64,000 bases of DNA from Orbicella franksi (taxonomy: Eukaryota): NCBI GenBank assembly GCA_964199315.1, contig OZ116698.1, positions 11,656,001 through 11,720,000 on the forward strand. The letters are read 5' to 3'. Each line of letters starts with the position of its first letter. The stretch's first letter is position 1. The translations under genes were made by a program, and so were the position numbers. Under the pieces are notes generated by a model. That model made no database searches and was not told where the DNA came from. It worked only from the letters and a program-made list of their open reading frames with translations. Positions 62,201 to 64,000 of this stretch are shown piece after piece.

Positions 62201-63845
62201 CTTTCTAGGTTTAAAACAAAAGTGAAAGCTCCCCTCCTAACCCACACTGTTAATAGGGCCCATCTTCCACTGTGAATACCCAAATCTTCCTCATCGAGAA
62301 AAACAAAGCAGCAACAGAGACAATCACTTTAGAGAAAACGTGTTCCAGCCATTCTAAGTGAGAAGCATTTTCACCCCTCACCTCTCCAAGCCAGAAGTCT
62401 AATTCCTTGACGTTAGTGTTGAACTGTTGCTGTTGATTAGATTCCTTTAGATGTTGGCTCTTCTCACTTGACTTCTGTACCAAATACTCCCATTGCTGCT
62501 GAAGTTTGGTGATCCTTTCCTTCACGATCTCCTCGCTTCCTGCACACTTGCGCTGTTCAATCAGGCCTGTTAAAGACAGAGTACAACGTAAGAAATATCA
62601 CTTTATTTTGACATGTAGTCTTAAACAATTGGATTGACTTACCTGGCATTATAACAACCATGCATGAGGAGCCAAGCCACAGAGCGCAACTTGCCAAACA
62701 CTTTTTTCAAGTTTGTCCACAGGATGTTACACTTCGTATATTTCAATTTTTCGTTATTTCTTTACGACTAAAGGTCTCCTCTTTGTAATATACATAACAG
62801 TGCTATACGCATTTTCTTGGTTTCAAATAGTCATAATATTCAGGTAAATCTTTCCTCAGTCCTTTTATAACATTACTGAATCAGCACAGTGTCTTCTCAA
62901 ATACAACACAGTCTACACGATTTTACACGTTCAATCCTAATTCTCTTCAAGATCACAATAATTTTTTTAATCTTTTCAGTCGAAGTGAACCAACATAACA
63001 TTGCAAGTTGACGACATCCTCTAATCTCATTATCTACCTGTTTAACAATGTATCGAAATTGTAAGGAGAAACGCAATGTGGATCACTGTTAGCTTGTCAC
63101 TCACCTTCTGCTAAGTTAATTGTCTCCAGAACTCTTTCCTGATTGGCTGAAACTTCCGCTTCAAATGCTTGATGCTTCTGGAACTTGGACTAATAAAACA
63201 TAACCAGTAAGTTAGACGATTGCTTGTGTGGAAAAATCTCCACAACTCCATGCCAAGAGCTAAATATATAGAGGATATTGCAAAATTTCTTTTAATTATT
63301 GAAAAATATTTTATGAGTGAGCACAGCAAACACGAAGCACACCAAACCGTTTCACTTCAGCTGTGAAAGGCGTGACTATGTAACCATGGCAACAGTGACC
63401 TTTTCACATGTGAATGTGAAGATATCACGTTTTTGCGTAAAAGCTCACCTGGCATTTAATTGCGTTTACATAATCAAAAGTAATCATTATCTTCGTCTTC
63501 CCCCCAAAAAAGCCTTCTGATAGTAATACTGTACCTCTTACCTAGATAATACAGACCATAGGGTGGGGCAACTGGAATAAGCTTCAAGCTGTAGCCATAT
63601 ATACTCAAATGGCACTATGATCAACTCTTTAGCGTGACAAATGAAAACGACACATAAATTATCAGAAAATATATCTCGTTACCTGCAGGTTGGTCGGATC
63701 CTTGTAAGATTCATCCAGAACAGTCTGGAGTTTTTCACTGACCCATGCCTCAATGTCTTCAGCATCACGACTGAACTGTTGAATGGTTTTTGATTCACCC
63801 AGCTTAGACCGACGCTCAACAAGAGCTGCCTTCAGGGTAGCCCAC
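53220..63845 (-). CDS. SPTAN1: Alpha-spectrin (non-erythroid type), 3' half; the gene continues beyond the right edge
   Basis: Many GT-AG exons encode spectrin repeats ([27 protein letters not shown] at 63845-63683; [13 protein letters not shown]; ELDFWLGE; KKHEAFETD; [20 protein letters not shown]). Also [41 protein letters not shown] hands [26 protein letters not shown] and [20 protein letters not shown]. Last exon 53348-53220 [14 protein letters not shown]...YDYKTF*. Confidence 0.96.
54336..54827. mobile_element. pogo/Tigger-like MITE in a spectrin intron
   Basis: TIRs CAGTCAACTTCCG / CGGAAGTTGACTG, TA target duplication, and internal CGCTATTACGGAC repeats at both ends. Confidence 0.85.
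55335..55450 (-). mobile_element. SINE 3' fragment (same family as 26410-26580), followed by a non-autonomous DNA element fragment
   Basis: Reverse complement of ...GATGGACTA...CCCATCCAGG...GTAGAAATACTC...GAAACCGGGATAAGCTC. Confidence 0.7.
56953..57213. mobile_element. Near-perfect palindromic MITE, possibly Mutator-like
   Basis: ~115-bp TIRs TAGACTGTTCACAGTCCCC... / ...GGGGACTGTGAACAGTCTA. Flanked by GCGAAAACT / GCGAAAACC, a 9-bp duplication with one mismatch. Confidence 0.85.
58967..59248. mobile_element. MITE (TAGAGCGGTTTTCAAT family)
   Basis: TAGAGTGGTGTTCAATCGAGAGTCG / CGACACTCGATTGGAAACCGCTCTA terminal inverted repeats. Confidence 0.7.
61870..62040 (-). mobile_element. SINE-like repeat fragment in a spectrin intron
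   Basis: GAATTGGAATTTGGAGATGTTGGTTTTTGTGGAGG...GGAGCAAGGCGAGAACC...CAAACTCAACCCA resembles the body of a common anthozoan repeat (recall, not verified). Confidence 0.5.
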
Positions 63846-64000
63846 CTACAAGACAGAAACAGATACATAAAAGAGTAAGGCTTGGTTATTTAATGGATAC
63901 ATGATGTTTGCCAATGGATAAATCATTATTGAGCAGATAGAGTAGTTCGTTTTGTTAACATGCATCCCGTGGATAGCGATATATATTTTGTGGATGGCAT

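Noticed and set aside
1-64000. CRISPR arrays or prokaryotic operons
   Set aside because: There are no regularly spaced repeat-spacer arrays. The locus is spliceosomal-intron-rich animal DNA.

Overview
Eukaryotic, AT-rich, intron-rich animal genomic DNA. The repeat families and gene structures look like those of a stony coral or other anthozoan cnidarian (inference; no tools were used). Spliced by eye, the window holds: the 5' part of UBAC1 (minus strand, running off the left edge); a complete CACFD1/Flower gene head-to-head with it; a near-intact 5'-truncated CR1/L2-group LINE; two tandem secreted three-finger (Ly6/uPAR-like) genes, one with a nonsense codon; a complete 27-exon LRSAM1 gene (minus); a single-coding-exon BTB-BTB-BACK gene whose C-terminus is a Ser/Tyr/Asp repeat tract plus eight basic 'LKKxGTPDMR' repeats instead of Kelch repeats; and the 3' half of alpha-spectrin (minus, running off the right edge). 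Mobile DNA includes a palindromic Penelope-like element with hammerhead ribozyme motifs, a decayed Penelope fragment, tRNA-derived SINEs and many MITEs. There are two assembly gaps. The best novelty candidates are (1) a 393-nt hairpin-rich element present twice in LRSAM1 introns, (2) the BTB-BACK protein with PDMR repeats, and (3) the secreted three-finger gene pair. UBAC1, CACFD1, LRSAM1 and SPTAN1 orthologues all lie on human distal 9q. No prokaryotic features or CRISPR arrays were seen.
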